Notes: generated from the letters alone by a model not told the origin. Counted from the first letter of the stretch, positions 1-10,380 are shown. The stretch is 64,000 nt of DNA from Desulfatiglandales bacterium (GCA_963666345.1 OY762721.1:2944001-3008000); one strand, 5' to 3'. A program made the numbers and translations.

Positions 1-1464
1 ATACTGGTGGCGGACATGGAGACCCGGAGATTCAGATACTGCAATCCAGCCATATGCGAGATGTTGGGGTATGCCGAAGAAGAGCTCATAGAGCTGGGCG
101 TTACGGATATCCACCCCAAAGAGTCGCTCGGTCACGTCCTGGCCGAGTTCGAGGCCCAGGCGCGTGGCGATAGGCTTCTCGCTCCGAATCTTCCCTGCCT
201 CCGGAAAGATGGCAGCGTCATCTTTGCGGACATCCAAACGACCTCGGCCGTCATCGACGGCCTGGAGTGCAACGTGGGGTTCTTCACCGATGTCACCAAA
301 CGCATGCAGATCGAGGAGCAGTTCAGGCAGGCCCAGAAGATGGAAGCCATCGGCACCCTGGCAGGCGGTGTGGCCCATGATTTCAACAATATACTGACCA
401 CCATCATCGGGTATGCTGACCTTATGTTAATGACTGTCGAAACCGATAAACCCTTAACTGAGGAGATAGAGGAGATCAAGTTAGCCGGGGAAAGGGCAGC
501 CGCTTTGACCCGCCAGCTCCTCGCCTTCAGCCGCAAACAGATTGTCCAGCCTAAGATTCTGGATCTGAATAAATTATTGACAGGTATAGAAAAGATGCTT
601 GTCCGCCTGATTGGAGAGGATATTGAAATTCTGATAATCCCGAAATCTGACTTATGGAAGATAGAGATAGACCCCGGACAAATGGAGCAGGTGATCATGA
701 ACCTGGTGGTCAATGCCAAGGACGCCATGCCCAATGGAGGCAAGCTCACCATTGAAACGGTCAACATGGATCTGGGCGAGAACTATTTTACCGATCACGG
801 CATTGTTGAAAAGCATCCAGGCTCTTATGTGGTGCTGACTGTAAGCGATACCGGCATCGGGATGGACAAAGAAGCCCAGGAACGTATCTTTGATCCTTTC
901 TATACCACCAAAGAGAAAGGCAAGGGCACCGGATTGGGCTTGTCCACGATCTACGGCATTGTCAAACAAAACAATGGTTTTATTTGGGTCTACAGCGAAC
1001 CTGGACAGGGTTCCACCTTCAAGGTTTACCTGCCCAAGGTGAAGGGAGATGTTAAGGGGGAGGAGAAAGAACGAACCCCAGTAATCAAACTTGCCGGTTT
1101 TGAGACCGTTTTAATTGTAGAAGATGATGATAGCCTTCGGAAACTTACTCAAAAGTCTCTCCAGCCCCATGGATACAGAATACTTGTGGCTGAAAACGGC
1201 GAAGATGCCTTGAGAGTAAGCAAGGAGCACGAGGGAACGATTGATCTGCTGATCACTGATGTGGTGATGCCCAGGATGGGCGGTAAGGAAGTCGCAGAAC
1301 GGCTGCAACCTCTCCACCCACAAATGAAGATAATTTACATGTCCGGATATACTGACGACTCTATTGTTCATCGCGGTGTTCTGGCACCGGGACTTAATTT
1401 TCTCGAAAAGCCTTTTTCACCGGCAGGTTTGGCGCGCAAAGTGCGGGAGGTGCTGGACAAATGA
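1..1464 (+). CDS. PAS-HisKA-HATPase-REC hybrid histidine kinase (5' end outside window)
   Basis: Open frame from base 1; H-box GVAHDFNN, N-box NLVVNAKDAM, G-boxes DTGIGM/GTGLGL, receiver LLITDVVMP...KPF. Confidence 0.93.
   Translation: MLVADMETRRFRYCNPAICEMLGYAEEELIELGVTDIHPKESLGHVLAEFEAQARGDRLLAPNLPCLRKDGSVIFADIQTTSAVIDGLECNVGFFTDVTKRMQIEEQFRQAQKMEAIGTLAGGVAHDFNNILTTIIGYADLMLMTVETDKPLTEEIEEIKLAGERAAALTRQLLAFSRKQIVQPKILDLNKLLTGIEKMLVRLIGEDIEILIIPKSDLWKIEIDPGQMEQVIMNLVVNAKDAMPNGGKLTIETVNMDLGENYFTDHGIVEKHPGSYVVLTVSDTGIGMDKEAQERIFDPFYTTKEKGKGTGLGLSTIYGIVKQNNGFIWVYSEPGQGSTFKVYLPKVKGDVKGEEKERTPVIKLAGFETVLIVEDDDSLRKLTQKSLQPHGYRILVAENGEDALRVSKEHEGTIDLLITDVVMPRMGGKEVAERLQPLHPQMKIIYMSGYTDDSIVHRGVLAPGLNFLEKPFSPAGLARKVREVLDK
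328..1460 (+). repeat. ~1.13 kb direct repeat, copy 1 (HK-REC core; copy 2 at 31338-32470)
   Basis: Direct sequence comparison at offset 31010; identical over about the first 900 bp, scattered mismatches after. Confidence 0.97.
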
Positions 1465-1533
1465 AGCAGGTTACTCGTTGCCGGTGACTGGATACTGGTT
1501 GAAAAGAAAAACGAGGAACGTGTTTTCCGAAAG

Positions 1534-1632
1534 TCAAGTATCATTATCGAATGGTTGAGAATTTGGCCGCTTTGAAAACTCAAAGATACTGGATGTATCT
1601 TTTCGACATGGTCGGTGTAAATATCATTATCC
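1534..1632 (+). repeat. Conserved non-coding motif downstream of HK-REC genes (core AAAACTCAARGATACTGGATGT)
   Basis: Aligns with 32512-32611; core also at 36358-36379 and 37097-37118. Confidence 0.85.
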
Positions 1633-1688
1633 TAACCTGGACTATTCGCGGGTCCCTATTTTCAAGAATACCGGAACAGGAGGAAACG

Positions 1689-3023
1689 ATGGTAAAAATT
1701 AAGAAATCACCTGACGATTCCGGACTCAGGCGACGGGCCGAGGAAAAACTGAAAGAAGCGTCCAGACGTAGCGAAGATCTCTCCGGAGTGTCGCCCGAAA
1801 AAATGGCACATCTCATCCACGACCTTCAGGTTCATCAGATCGAGTTAGAAATGCAGAATGATGAACTCCGGCGCATCCAAGGGGAACTTGAACTAACGCG
1901 GGACAAGTATGCTCATCTGTACAACTTTGCGCCGGTCGGTTATTTTACAATGAGTGAAACTGGGGCCATCGAAGAGGCCAATCTCACCATCTCTTCCATG
2001 TTAGGGTTAGAACGGAGCGCCTTGATCGGAAAACCCTTCAACCGCTTTGTTCTGAGAGAAGACAAGGACATTTTCTATAAACATCGGCGACGTCTTTTGG
2101 AGACAGAGGCGCCCCAATCCTGTGATCTACGGCTAATGAAAAAAGACGGTCATGAGTTTAATGTCCGTATGGAAGGCATGGTCATAAAAAACAGGGGTAA
2201 CGATTTAAGGCAGATCAGGTCGGCGGTCAACGACATTACTGAACTCAAACAGGCAGAGAAAACGATAAAGGAACATTCTGAGACACTGGAGAAACGGGTC
2301 GATTTTTTACAGAGGATGGAAGCCATGGGTATATTTGCCGGGGGCATTGCGCATGATTTCACCAATCTACTGACAGTCATCATAAGTTACTCAAATTTTG
2401 CGTTAGACGGAGTTGGGCCGGAAAATGACATTCGAGAGGATATTGAAAAAATTATCCAGAATGCGAAACTCGGCGTATCGTTAGCTCATCAGCTCCTGCT
2501 TTTCAGTTGCAATATCCCGGTTGAGCAAAAAATTACGAATCTCAATGAATTGATAAGCGACATGGAAAAGATGCTAAGGCGTGTTATTACAAAGAAGATA
2601 GATCTGATGATTTTGCTGGAACCGGAGTTAGGCCGGGTCTTAGTCGATTCTGGCAAGGTGCAACTAATGATAATAAACCTTGTGGTCAATGCAGTCGATG
2701 CGATGCCCGAAGGGGGGCTGCTTACAATTGCGACTGCAAATGAGGAATCAGGCGAGCGCCCCATTCAAAAGGACAGCTCCGGTCATCAGGGGCCGAAAAT
2801 TGTGCTGTCGGTAAGTGACACGGGTATCGGTATGGACGAAGAGACCGTATTAAAAATATTTGAACCTTTCTTTACGACCAAAAAAAAGGGGGTGGGGACA
2901 GGGCTGGGCCTGGCCATTGCTTTCGATGCTGTTAAAGAAAACGACGGATTCATAAGGGTTTACAGCCGGCCGGGACATGGATCGACCTTTAAGATCTATC
3001 TGCCAAGAGTGCACGAGAAATGA
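1689..3023 (+). CDS. PAS sensor histidine kinase (no receiver)
   Basis: AGGAGGA RBS before ATG 1689; HDLQVHQIELEMQN coiled coil, PAS, IAHDFTN H-box, HATPase. Confidence 0.9.
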   Translation: MVKIKKSPDDSGLRRRAEEKLKEASRRSEDLSGVSPEKMAHLIHDLQVHQIELEMQNDELRRIQGELELTRDKYAHLYNFAPVGYFTMSETGAIEEANLTISSMLGLERSALIGKPFNRFVLREDKDIFYKHRRRLLETEAPQSCDLRLMKKDGHEFNVRMEGMVIKNRGNDLRQIRSAVNDITELKQAEKTIKEHSETLEKRVDFLQRMEAMGIFAGGIAHDFTNLLTVIISYSNFALDGVGPENDIREDIEKIIQNAKLGVSLAHQLLLFSCNIPVEQKITNLNELISDMEKMLRRVITKKIDLMILLEPELGRVLVDSGKVQLMIINLVVNAVDAMPEGGLLTIATANEESGERPIQKDSSGHQGPKIVLSVSDTGIGMDEETVLKIFEPFFTTKKKGVGTGLGLAIAFDAVKENDGFIRVYSRPGHGSTFKIYLPRVHEK

Positions 3024-3267
3024 GCGGTCGGGACTGGGCGAAGCGATTATTATCTTTGGGGTTGGAGTCTCTTGATGTCAGATCCTGAACAACGGCTTTA
3101 TTAACCTGGCAAGAGCGTTTTATTGGCATGAAGAATGCTTCCCTTATAGTTTTTAACACACCGTCCACTTGCCGTTCGACCCTGAGGCTCACAATGGGAG
3201 GCGGGGAGCCTCATTCATGGAACGATTGCCTTCACACGTTTTCCACACGGATGGACACATCGCTCTG

Positions 3268-3321
3268 TATGGAGGTTGCTCCATAAAAATATGGAGCTAT
3301 CACTATGGAATAAATTCCATA
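3268..3321. promoter_or_regulatory. Two 18-bp palindromes TATGGAR-N4-YTCCATA, putative operator of the NtrC-type activator
   Basis: TATGGAGGTTGCTCCATA (3268-3285) and TATGGAATAAATTCCATA (3304-3321); related sites upstream of gvpA. Confidence 0.7.
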
Positions 3322-3346
3322 TATTTTTACAAAAGGCTGACTCTCG

Positions 3347-4000
3347 ATGAAAAAAACAAACAAAGGCGCCGGTCCGGAAGTTATAGATAAAAAGCTTATA
3401 CACATTCCCATCATCCATACCGAAGCCGATATGGGAAGACTGAGCGGACCGGTGCGGCAAGCAGCCCTTCAAAAACTGGGAATAAGGGGCATAAAAAGAA
3501 AGGTCGATTTAATCGATAAAATCTGGACGGTAATTGAAAAGACCGTCGAGGGACTGGACCTGTCGTTTGAAAAAGTTCGCCTCTATCAGGACGGGTTACC
3601 TGTTTGCGGCAATGAGTCCGGGATTGTTACTGACTTGGCTGCGTCAGGAAGCAGAAACCACCGGCTACTTATGCGTTTGATGGATAAAGGGGCCCTGATT
3701 ATGGGGACCGAATCGCCGGAACTCCTCCTGGAAGAATATGAACTCACAAAAAAAAATCTTACTGCAGGCGGGAATTTGAAATCGATGAAGATCGAAGCGC
3801 ACCAGAAGCCGGTGAGTGATTCCCTGCTGAAAAGGCGTGATCAATTCATCGCGGATCGAATCAACGATACACTGTGTCCGGGGGAAACGGGAATATTGTT
3901 TTTAGGTATGCTTCACTCGTTGGGGCCTTTGCTGGACGAGCAAATCAAGGTTGTTTATCCGATTCCCGGACCGTTTAATCGATGGAGCCGAATGGCATGA
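3347..4000 (+). CDS. Conserved hypothetical protein heading the gas-vesicle regulatory operon
   Basis: 217-aa ORF, ATGA-coupled to the downstream regulator; motifs LYQDGLPVCG and GILFLGMLH look conserved. Confidence 0.75.
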   Translation: MKKTNKGAGPEVIDKKLIHIPIIHTEADMGRLSGPVRQAALQKLGIRGIKRKVDLIDKIWTVIEKTVEGLDLSFEKVRLYQDGLPVCGNESGIVTDLAASGSRNHRLLMRLMDKGALIMGTESPELLLEEYELTKKNLTAGGNLKSMKIEAHQKPVSDSLLKRRDQFIADRINDTLCPGETGILFLGMLHSLGPLLDEQIKVVYPIPGPFNRWSRMA

Positions 4001-5409
4001 AAGAAAACGACATAAAGGTTGTGGTCGCTGATGACGAGAAAGAGATCTGCACCCTTCTATCCCGTCTTCTGGAACGAGAAGGCTGCAGGGTCCTGATGGC
4101 CAACAATGGGGTTGATGCGCTGAAATTGATCAAATCCGAATTACCTGAAATTCTGTTTACAGATTTCAAGATGCCGGGCATGGATGGGATTCAATTGATG
4201 ACGAAGGCAAAAAAATGGGATCCGGACCTTCCGGTCATTCTCATTACCGCCTATGCGGATGTCCCAAGCGCTGTCATGGCAATCAAAAAGGGGGCCCATG
4301 ATTACCTGCCGAAACCTTTTGACCACATTGAAATTGCCAGGGTCCTGCACCGGGCATTGGCCGAACGGAAACTCAAAAGACAAGTCACGGTACTTTCCGG
4401 CCAATTGCAGGAAAAACTCTCCCTGCGGCAGAGCATGGGGCCAAGTGAGGAGATCGACCGCATAATATCCGATGTGAAGAAAGTCGCAGGATCGGATTTC
4501 ACAGTAGTCATTCAGGGAGAGACCGGGTCCGGAAAGGAGCTTGTTTCCCGGGCGATCCATAACGCCAGTTGCCGCTCCGGCGGCCCATTTGTAGCCATCG
4601 ATTGCGGGGCCATTCCGGAGACGCTTTTGGAAAGTGAATTGTTCGGCCACGAAAAAGGCTCTTTCACAGGGGCTCTATTTCAAAAGCCGGGTAAATTCGA
4701 AATGGCCAAAGGGGGCACCCTGCTGTTGGACGAAATATCAAACCTGTCCCTGAATTCTCAGGTCGTCCTCTTGCGGGTGCTGCAGGAAAAGAAGGCCTTT
4801 CGGGTGGGCGGACACAAACCTTATAACGTGGACATACGGCTTTTGGCTGCCAGTAACCAGCCCATTGAAAAGGCTGTCGAATCAGGCTTGTTCCGCCGGG
4901 ATCTTTTTTACCGGCTGAATGAATTCAGCATCAGGATTCCACCGCTTCGGGAACGCCCGAGCGACATACCTTACCTGGCTAACCGGTTTTTAAAGATTAC
5001 CAACTTTGAGTTGGAGAAAAACGTAAAACGACTTTCCAAGTCCGCCATCGATATTTTGCTCGCCTACAAGTGGCCCGGCAATGTCAGGCAGCTTCGATCC
5101 ACCATTCGGCGGGCCGTACTCTTAGCGGATGACATCATCACCGATAAACACCTGGATATAGACAGGGCGCCCGTTTCCGAACGAAGTTCGTCCCCGAAAA
5201 TGACAAGAATTTTACAAAAAGACTTTTCATACAAAGGTATACTACACCAGCAAACTGCTGCCTTGGAGCGGGAAATAATATCTAAGGCGCTTGAGCATAC
5301 CGGAGGAAACAAGGCAAAAGCGGCACGCTTATTGCGTATCGATTATAAAACGATTCATACCAAAGTCAAACATCTGGGAATTAAGATGAAGGGGAAAGAC
5401 CATGAGTGA
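3997..5409 (+). CDS. Sigma54-dependent NtrC/AtoC-family response regulator (GvrA-like position)
   Basis: REC + GETGSGKE + ESELFGHEKGSFTGA + WPGNVRQL + Fis-type HTH. Confidence 0.95.
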   Translation: MKENDIKVVVADDEKEICTLLSRLLEREGCRVLMANNGVDALKLIKSELPEILFTDFKMPGMDGIQLMTKAKKWDPDLPVILITAYADVPSAVMAIKKGAHDYLPKPFDHIEIARVLHRALAERKLKRQVTVLSGQLQEKLSLRQSMGPSEEIDRIISDVKKVAGSDFTVVIQGETGSGKELVSRAIHNASCRSGGPFVAIDCGAIPETLLESELFGHEKGSFTGALFQKPGKFEMAKGGTLLLDEISNLSLNSQVVLLRVLQEKKAFRVGGHKPYNVDIRLLAASNQPIEKAVESGLFRRDLFYRLNEFSIRIPPLRERPSDIPYLANRFLKITNFELEKNVKRLSKSAIDILLAYKWPGNVRQLRSTIRRAVLLADDIITDKHLDIDRAPVSERSSSPKMTRILQKDFSYKGILHQQTAALEREIISKALEHTGGNKAKAARLLRIDYKTIHTKVKHLGIKMKGKDHE

Positions 5410-5914
5410 AAAAAACGGGAAGAAGATGGGGTTTGGAGGGATACTCGAAGGTTTTACCGATCTTGTTGGAAAACTCGGTGAACTGGCGGAAAAGGGGGAG
5501 GAGCTCTCGAAAAGCGGTGAAATCAAGTTTAAGGGCAATGGAGAAGACCTTAAGGGGGTCATGGGGTTCTCCGTCAAGATGGGCCTGGGCGGTGAAGGGG
5601 TCAAGGTTGAGCCTTTCGGCAACGTACGAAAGGATGAGAAAACCGGAGAGTCGGTGGTCCAGGAAATCCGCGAACCGGTGGTGGATATCTTTGAAGAGGA
5701 AGACCACACCCTTGTACTGGCTGAAATGCCGGGAGTAAGTGCCGAGGATGTTCGTATTGAGGTCAAAGATGACCTGCTTAGTATCTATGCTGAAAAAAGG
5801 GGAAAAAAGTACAGGAAGGAAGTCCTTCTGCCCCGGAACTATCCCAAAGAGAAAATGCTGATTTCATGCAATAACGGTATTTTGGAGATAAAGTGTATGA
5901 ATCAACAATCATAG
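5402..5914 (+). CDS. Hsp20/alpha-crystallin family protein (GvpH-like)
   Basis: EPVVDIFEEED..VLAEMPGV..NNGILEI; gvp context. Confidence 0.85.
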   Translation: MSEKNGKKMGFGGILEGFTDLVGKLGELAEKGEELSKSGEIKFKGNGEDLKGVMGFSVKMGLGGEGVKVEPFGNVRKDEKTGESVVQEIREPVVDIFEEEDHTLVLAEMPGVSAEDVRIEVKDDLLSIYAEKRGKKYRKEVLLPRNYPKEKMLISCNNGILEIKCMNQQS

Positions 5915-5923
5915 GGGTTATCA

Positions 5924-8047
5924 ATGGCTGACAAGAAAGAGGTTGCTCTAAAGTTGAAGGTAGCTGAGGCGCTCGGCAAAGATATGGGGCGGGCATTCGC
6001 CCGTATGGGCCCTGAAGACCTTGAAAAACTGAAAGTCGCCATTGGCGATATCGTTGAAGTCTCAGGAAAACGGAATACCGTATGCAAGGCCATGCCGGCC
6101 TATAAAGAACTTCGAGGTCAATCCAGAATTCAACTTGACGGGCTCATCCGGGAAAATGCGGGGGCCGGGATCGATGAATTCGTTCTGGTTAAAAAAAATG
6201 CATGTCGGCCCGCTCAACGGGTCCACCTCGCCCCGACTACCATAACCCCGGATACCCGGGACTTGAAATACATCGGCAGCCTTTTAGACGGTCTGCCCGT
6301 GATGGAAGGAAATCGAATTCGGGCCACCCTGTTTGGGAGCCGCAGCGCCGATTTCAAAGTGGAAAACACCGCCCCAAAAGGGCCCGTGATCATCAACCCC
6401 ACAACTCAGCTTGTGATCGGAAAGGGGCCAAAGGAGGAGGCCAGGACCTCGGTGTCCTATGAGGATATCGGGGGACTCAAACGGCAGGTGCAGCGTATAC
6501 GGGAAATGATCGAACTTCCCCTGCGCTATCCGGAGATCTTCAAAACGCTGGGGATCGATCCACCCAAAGGGGTTCTTCTTCTTGGCCCGCCGGGTTGCGG
6601 AAAGACTCTCATCGCCCGGGCTATCGCCCATGAAACAGAGGCAATCTTTTTTTCGGTGAGCGGTCCTGAGGTGGTGCATAAGTTTTACGGAGAGAGCGAG
6701 GCTCACCTTCGGAAGATTTTTGAGGAAGCCTCCCAGAAGGGGCCCAGCATAGTCTTTCTGGATGAGATCGATGCGATTGCTCCCAGAAGGGAGAAGGTCG
6801 TGGGGGATGTGGAAAAACGTGTGGTGGCGCAACTCCTTGCCCTGATGGACGGGCTGACCAAACGACAGAACGTCATTGTCATTGCCGCCACTAATATCCC
6901 CAATGCCCTGGACCCGGCGCTGCGACGGCCGGGCCGTTTCGACAGGGAGATTTCCATCCCGATTCCCGACCGGACCAGCAGGCTGGAAATCCTGGAAATC
7001 CACAGCCGCGGGATGCCGTTGTCCCAGGATGTGGACATGGGCCATCTCGCAGAGATCACGCACGGTTTTGTCGGGGCCGACCTTGAGGCCCTGTGTCGGG
7101 AAGCGGCAATGATCTGCCTGAGACGTATCATACCCGACATCGATTTCGGCTTAACCCGGATTCCCTATGAGCAGCTCGCGAATCTCGAGGTGCACATGGA
7201 CGATTTCCTCGGTGCGATGCGGGAGGTTGAACCATCCGCCATTCGGGAGGTCTTTGTTGAAGTCCCTGATGTACGCTGGCACGACGTGGGGGGCCTTGGG
7301 GCGGTCAAAGACCGTCTTGTAGAAGCGGTGGAGTGGCCCTTGAAATACCCTCATCTCTTTGAGCAGGCAGGTATCCGGCCTCCGAAAGGCATCCTGCTAT
7401 CGGGAGCGCCCGGGTGCGGCAAGACGTTGCTGGCCAAGGCCATTGCCACCGAAAGCAAGGTAAACTTTATCTCCGTGAAAGGCCCAGCCCTGCTTTCACA
7501 ATATGTAGGAGAATCGGAGAGGGCGGTGCGGGAGGTGTTTCACAAGGCAAGGCAGGCCGCGCCGTGTATTGTGTTTTTCGATGAAATTGATGCGCTGGTT
7601 CCCATTAGGAGTGCCGGTTCATCAGATTCCCATGTGGCGGAGAGAGTGCTCAGTCAGTTCCTGGCGGAATTGGACGGGATCGAAGACCTGAAGGGGGTCC
7701 TGGTGCTCGGAGCGACGAACAGGGTGGATATGCTCGACGCTGCAGCGCTCCGGCCAGGACGGTTTGATGAGATGGTGGAGATTTCCATGCCGGATGAAAA
7801 AGATCGCAAGGAAATCTTCGAGATACATCTTCGAAACAAGCCCCTTGCGAAAGGGGTCAGCCCTAATGATTTGGCCGCCGGGACCGAGGGTTTCAGCGGC
7901 GCGGATATCGCCGGGGTCTGCCACAAGGCTGCGCTCAAGGCCCTTCGCAGAGTAGTGCAGGGAGGGGGCGGCGAAAAGAGTGGCAAGGCTGTCGACCTGC
8001 GGATTCGGAGGAAAGACTTGTCTAATACCATAGAAGAGGTGAAGTGA
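5924..8047 (+). CDS. CDC48/VCP-family AAA+ ATPase
   Basis: N domain plus two AAA modules (GPPGCGKT, GAPGCGKT; DEID; ALRRPGRFD). Confidence 0.95.
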   Translation: MADKKEVALKLKVAEALGKDMGRAFARMGPEDLEKLKVAIGDIVEVSGKRNTVCKAMPAYKELRGQSRIQLDGLIRENAGAGIDEFVLVKKNACRPAQRVHLAPTTITPDTRDLKYIGSLLDGLPVMEGNRIRATLFGSRSADFKVENTAPKGPVIINPTTQLVIGKGPKEEARTSVSYEDIGGLKRQVQRIREMIELPLRYPEIFKTLGIDPPKGVLLLGPPGCGKTLIARAIAHETEAIFFSVSGPEVVHKFYGESEAHLRKIFEEASQKGPSIVFLDEIDAIAPRREKVVGDVEKRVVAQLLALMDGLTKRQNVIVIAATNIPNALDPALRRPGRFDREISIPIPDRTSRLEILEIHSRGMPLSQDVDMGHLAEITHGFVGADLEALCREAAMICLRRIIPDIDFGLTRIPYEQLANLEVHMDDFLGAMREVEPSAIREVFVEVPDVRWHDVGGLGAVKDRLVEAVEWPLKYPHLFEQAGIRPPKGILLSGAPGCGKTLLAKAIATESKVNFISVKGPALLSQYVGESERAVREVFHKARQAAPCIVFFDEIDALVPIRSAGSSDSHVAERVLSQFLAELDGIEDLKGVLVLGATNRVDMLDAAALRPGRFDEMVEISMPDEKDRKEIFEIHLRNKPLAKGVSPNDLAAGTEGFSGADIAGVCHKAALKALRRVVQGGGGEKSGKAVDLRIRRKDLSNTIEEVK

Positions 8048-8610
8048 GGGACCATGGATTTATCAAACCACAAAAAAGATCCAGGTTGCTCGGATCCGGT
8101 TTCTTGGCTGTCATGAAGCGATCTATTCCCCCCAGGACCATGCGGGATGTCTCCCGCTCACATCGGAAACATGGAGGTCCGGTCAAAACAAACCGGGTCG
8201 TTTCAGGTTTCGGCATAACGGGGCGAATCTCCGGAGCAAGGCAATCGGGGCCCCAGGGGCATGAGAATCCTGTTACCACCCCTTTGCCGACGGGGCGCTT
8301 TCAGAAGCCCAGGAACTGGAAATTCCAGACGAAACCGTTCTTCAAAAAAATCAAAGGTCCCCTGGTGGATGTTTTTCACGAGGCGGAGGAAGTGCTTATT
8401 GTCGTTGATCTTTATGGTTTTTCACGGCGGGATGTTTCCTTGAGCATGAGCGAGAACAGATATTTGATTTCCGCATGCACGGAGGATCAAAGTTTTCTGG
8501 AGGAAATACCGCTGCCGCCGGAGTTCGATTTAGAAAAGTGCGTTGAAAATTTCAGGAACGGCATCCTTGAGATCGTCATTCCACGAAAGAAAGTGAAGGA
8601 TTTAACATAG
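8044..8610 (+). CDS. Hsp20-domain protein
   Basis: C-terminal PLVDVFHE...FRNGILEIVIP; start codon uncertain. Confidence 0.75.
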   Translation: MRDHGFIKPQKRSRLLGSGFLAVMKRSIPPRTMRDVSRSHRKHGGPVKTNRVVSGFGITGRISGARQSGPQGHENPVTTPLPTGRFQKPRNWKFQTKPFFKKIKGPLVDVFHEAEEVLIVVDLYGFSRRDVSLSMSENRYLISACTEDQSFLEEIPLPPEFDLEKCVENFRNGILEIVIPRKKVKDLT

Positions 8611-8678
8611 AGAGGGTCGTCCTTCATGGGAAGCAAAGGACTCAAAACGCCGGAATCCGGGGAAAAGGACTCTACAGG

Positions 8679-9101
8679 ATGAAAAAAAATCGTACTCAAC
8701 GAAAACAGATAGTCCTCGTTATTGAGGACGAAAAGGAAGTCCTGACTATCTTAGCCCGATTACTCAACAACGAGGGTTATAATGTCTTAGAGGCGGAAAA
8801 CGGTGCCCATGCAGTGCAAATTGCCGGTAGAATTAAACCGGACGTGGCTTTACTGGATCTGAATCTGCCCGACTGTAACGGTATCCGGCTGTTGGGAGAA
8901 CTTAAGGCGATGGACAAGACCCTTCAGGTGATTATCCTGACCGCTCACGGCACGCAGGAGGCGGTTCGGAGCGCGATGGAACTCGGGGCCTTTAATTTCC
9001 TGACCAAACCCTTTGAATTTAACGAATTGTGCGAGGCGGTGCGGGAGGCCTTTGAAACAAAATACGGTTTGGTCAAGCAGGATGAACAACATGTCCAATG
9101 A
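8679..9101 (+). CDS. Single-domain response regulator
   Basis: IEDE, LLDLNLPD, LTAHG, KPF. Confidence 0.9.
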   Translation: MKKNRTQRKQIVLVIEDEKEVLTILARLLNNEGYNVLEAENGAHAVQIAGRIKPDVALLDLNLPDCNGIRLLGELKAMDKTLQVIILTAHGTQEAVRSAMELGAFNFLTKPFEFNELCEAVREAFETKYGLVKQDEQHVQ

Positions 9102-9903
9102 TTCCAGCGCCATTTACCTTTTCTGTTTTGCACGACGCCACAGACTGCCGGTTTTTGAGGTCGGCGGTCTGGATCATCGACATCCTGTTTCATTCTGGGC
9201 ATTCAAAGATATCGTTGCGGTGCTGGGCATGTCATCCCTCGAGGATTTTTGCGGCCCGGAAGCTGAAAACAGGATGAAGGACCTGGCATGGATCGGACCT
9301 CGTGTCTGCCGCCACGAAGAGGTCGTGGAGGAAGTCATGCGCCGTTCTCCGGCATTTCCAGCCCGGTTCGGAACCATTTTTTCCTCGCTTGACGCCCTTG
9401 AGAAACTCCTTGACGTCCACTACGATAAAATATCCCGGTTCCTGGATAAGGCAGCGGACAAGGAAGAATGGGCCGTAAAGGGGCTGTTGAACAGGGTGCA
9501 GACCAGGACAAGTTTTTCGACACTTATGCTTTCAAGGGAAGAAGGGCGACTGGCCTCACTTTCGCCGGGAAAGCGATATCTTGCCGAGCAGCGAATCAGA
9601 AGCAGTGCCGACAGGGAACTGAACATCTGGTTGAATGGGATCATTAAGGGTATCGGGGACGACTTGTGTCGGCATTCCTCTGAATTTCGTGAACGCAAGG
9701 TGCTTTCCCCTGACAGCGAAGCAATGGAGATGGTCCTGAACTGGGCATTTTGGACAGCGCGGGAAGATGCCGATGATTTTCGGGCCAGGGTCGACAGGGC
9801 AAATGAACAGAATGACCGGCAGGGACTGCTGTTACAACTATCGGGGCCATGGCCCCCTTACAGCTTTCTACCCAACCTTGATTTGGTGACCGGTGAACAG
9901 TGA
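9091..9903 (+). CDS. GvpL/GvpF family gas vesicle protein
   Basis: IYLFCF, HEEVVEEV, PARFGTIF, EWAVK, SGPWPPYSF. Confidence 0.9.
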   Translation: MSNDSSAIYLFCFARRHRLPVFEVGGLDHRHPVSFWAFKDIVAVLGMSSLEDFCGPEAENRMKDLAWIGPRVCRHEEVVEEVMRRSPAFPARFGTIFSSLDALEKLLDVHYDKISRFLDKAADKEEWAVKGLLNRVQTRTSFSTLMLSREEGRLASLSPGKRYLAEQRIRSSADRELNIWLNGIIKGIGDDLCRHSSEFRERKVLSPDSEAMEMVLNWAFWTAREDADDFRARVDRANEQNDRQGLLLQLSGPWPPYSFLPNLDLVTGEQ

Positions 9904-10357
9904 TCGGTAATCAGTGAACAGTGGGGACGAAAATGAGTGAATTGGGACATGCAGAAAGTTTTCGAGACTTGATTGTATATCAAAAAGCCAGGAAAGTTGC
10001 CAGTAGGATCTTTGAGATTACCAGGGGCTTTCCGAAGGAAGAGATGTATTCATTAACTGATCAGATAAGACGATCATCAAGGTCGATTGGTGCCCAAATA
10101 GCAGAGGCGTGGGTAAAGCGACGCTATGAAAAACATTTTGTAAGCAAACTTACCGATGCTGACGGTGAGCAATTGGAGACACAACATTGGATCGACACAG
10201 CAATGGATTGCGGATATCTTGATGATGCCCAAGCGGTCGACTTGAACGATGAACTCTCTAAGATTGGCCGAATGCTAAACTCAATGATCAAAAAGTCTGA
10301 ACAATTCTGCGGAAAAGATCACAGGTAACCGATCACCGATTACCGATTACCGATCAC
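9886..10357. mobile_element. Four-helix-bundle cassette 1 bracketed by inverted heptamer arrays
   Basis: Left GTGACCG GTGAACA GTGATCG GTAATCA GTGAACA (9886-9920); right AGATCAC AGGTAAC CGATCAC CGATTAC CGATTAC CGATCAC (10316-10357); mobility is inferred. Confidence 0.6.
9933..10328 (+). CDS. Four helix bundle protein (23S rRNA intervening-sequence protein / bAvd-like family)
   Basis: SFRDLIVYQKA..FPKEEMYSLTDQIRRSSRSI..E..ETQHW. Confidence 0.92.
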   Translation: MSELGHAESFRDLIVYQKARKVASRIFEITRGFPKEEMYSLTDQIRRSSRSIGAQIAEAWVKRRYEKHFVSKLTDADGEQLETQHWIDTAMDCGYLDDAQAVDLNDELSKIGRMLNSMIKKSEQFCGKDHR

Positions 10358-10380
10358 TGTACAGTGGGGATTTACAAAGC

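Noticed and set aside
9933..10328. Diversity-generating retroelement (bAvd-like gene)
   Set aside because: No reverse transcriptase and no TR/VR pair with adenine-specific mismatches seen in the window
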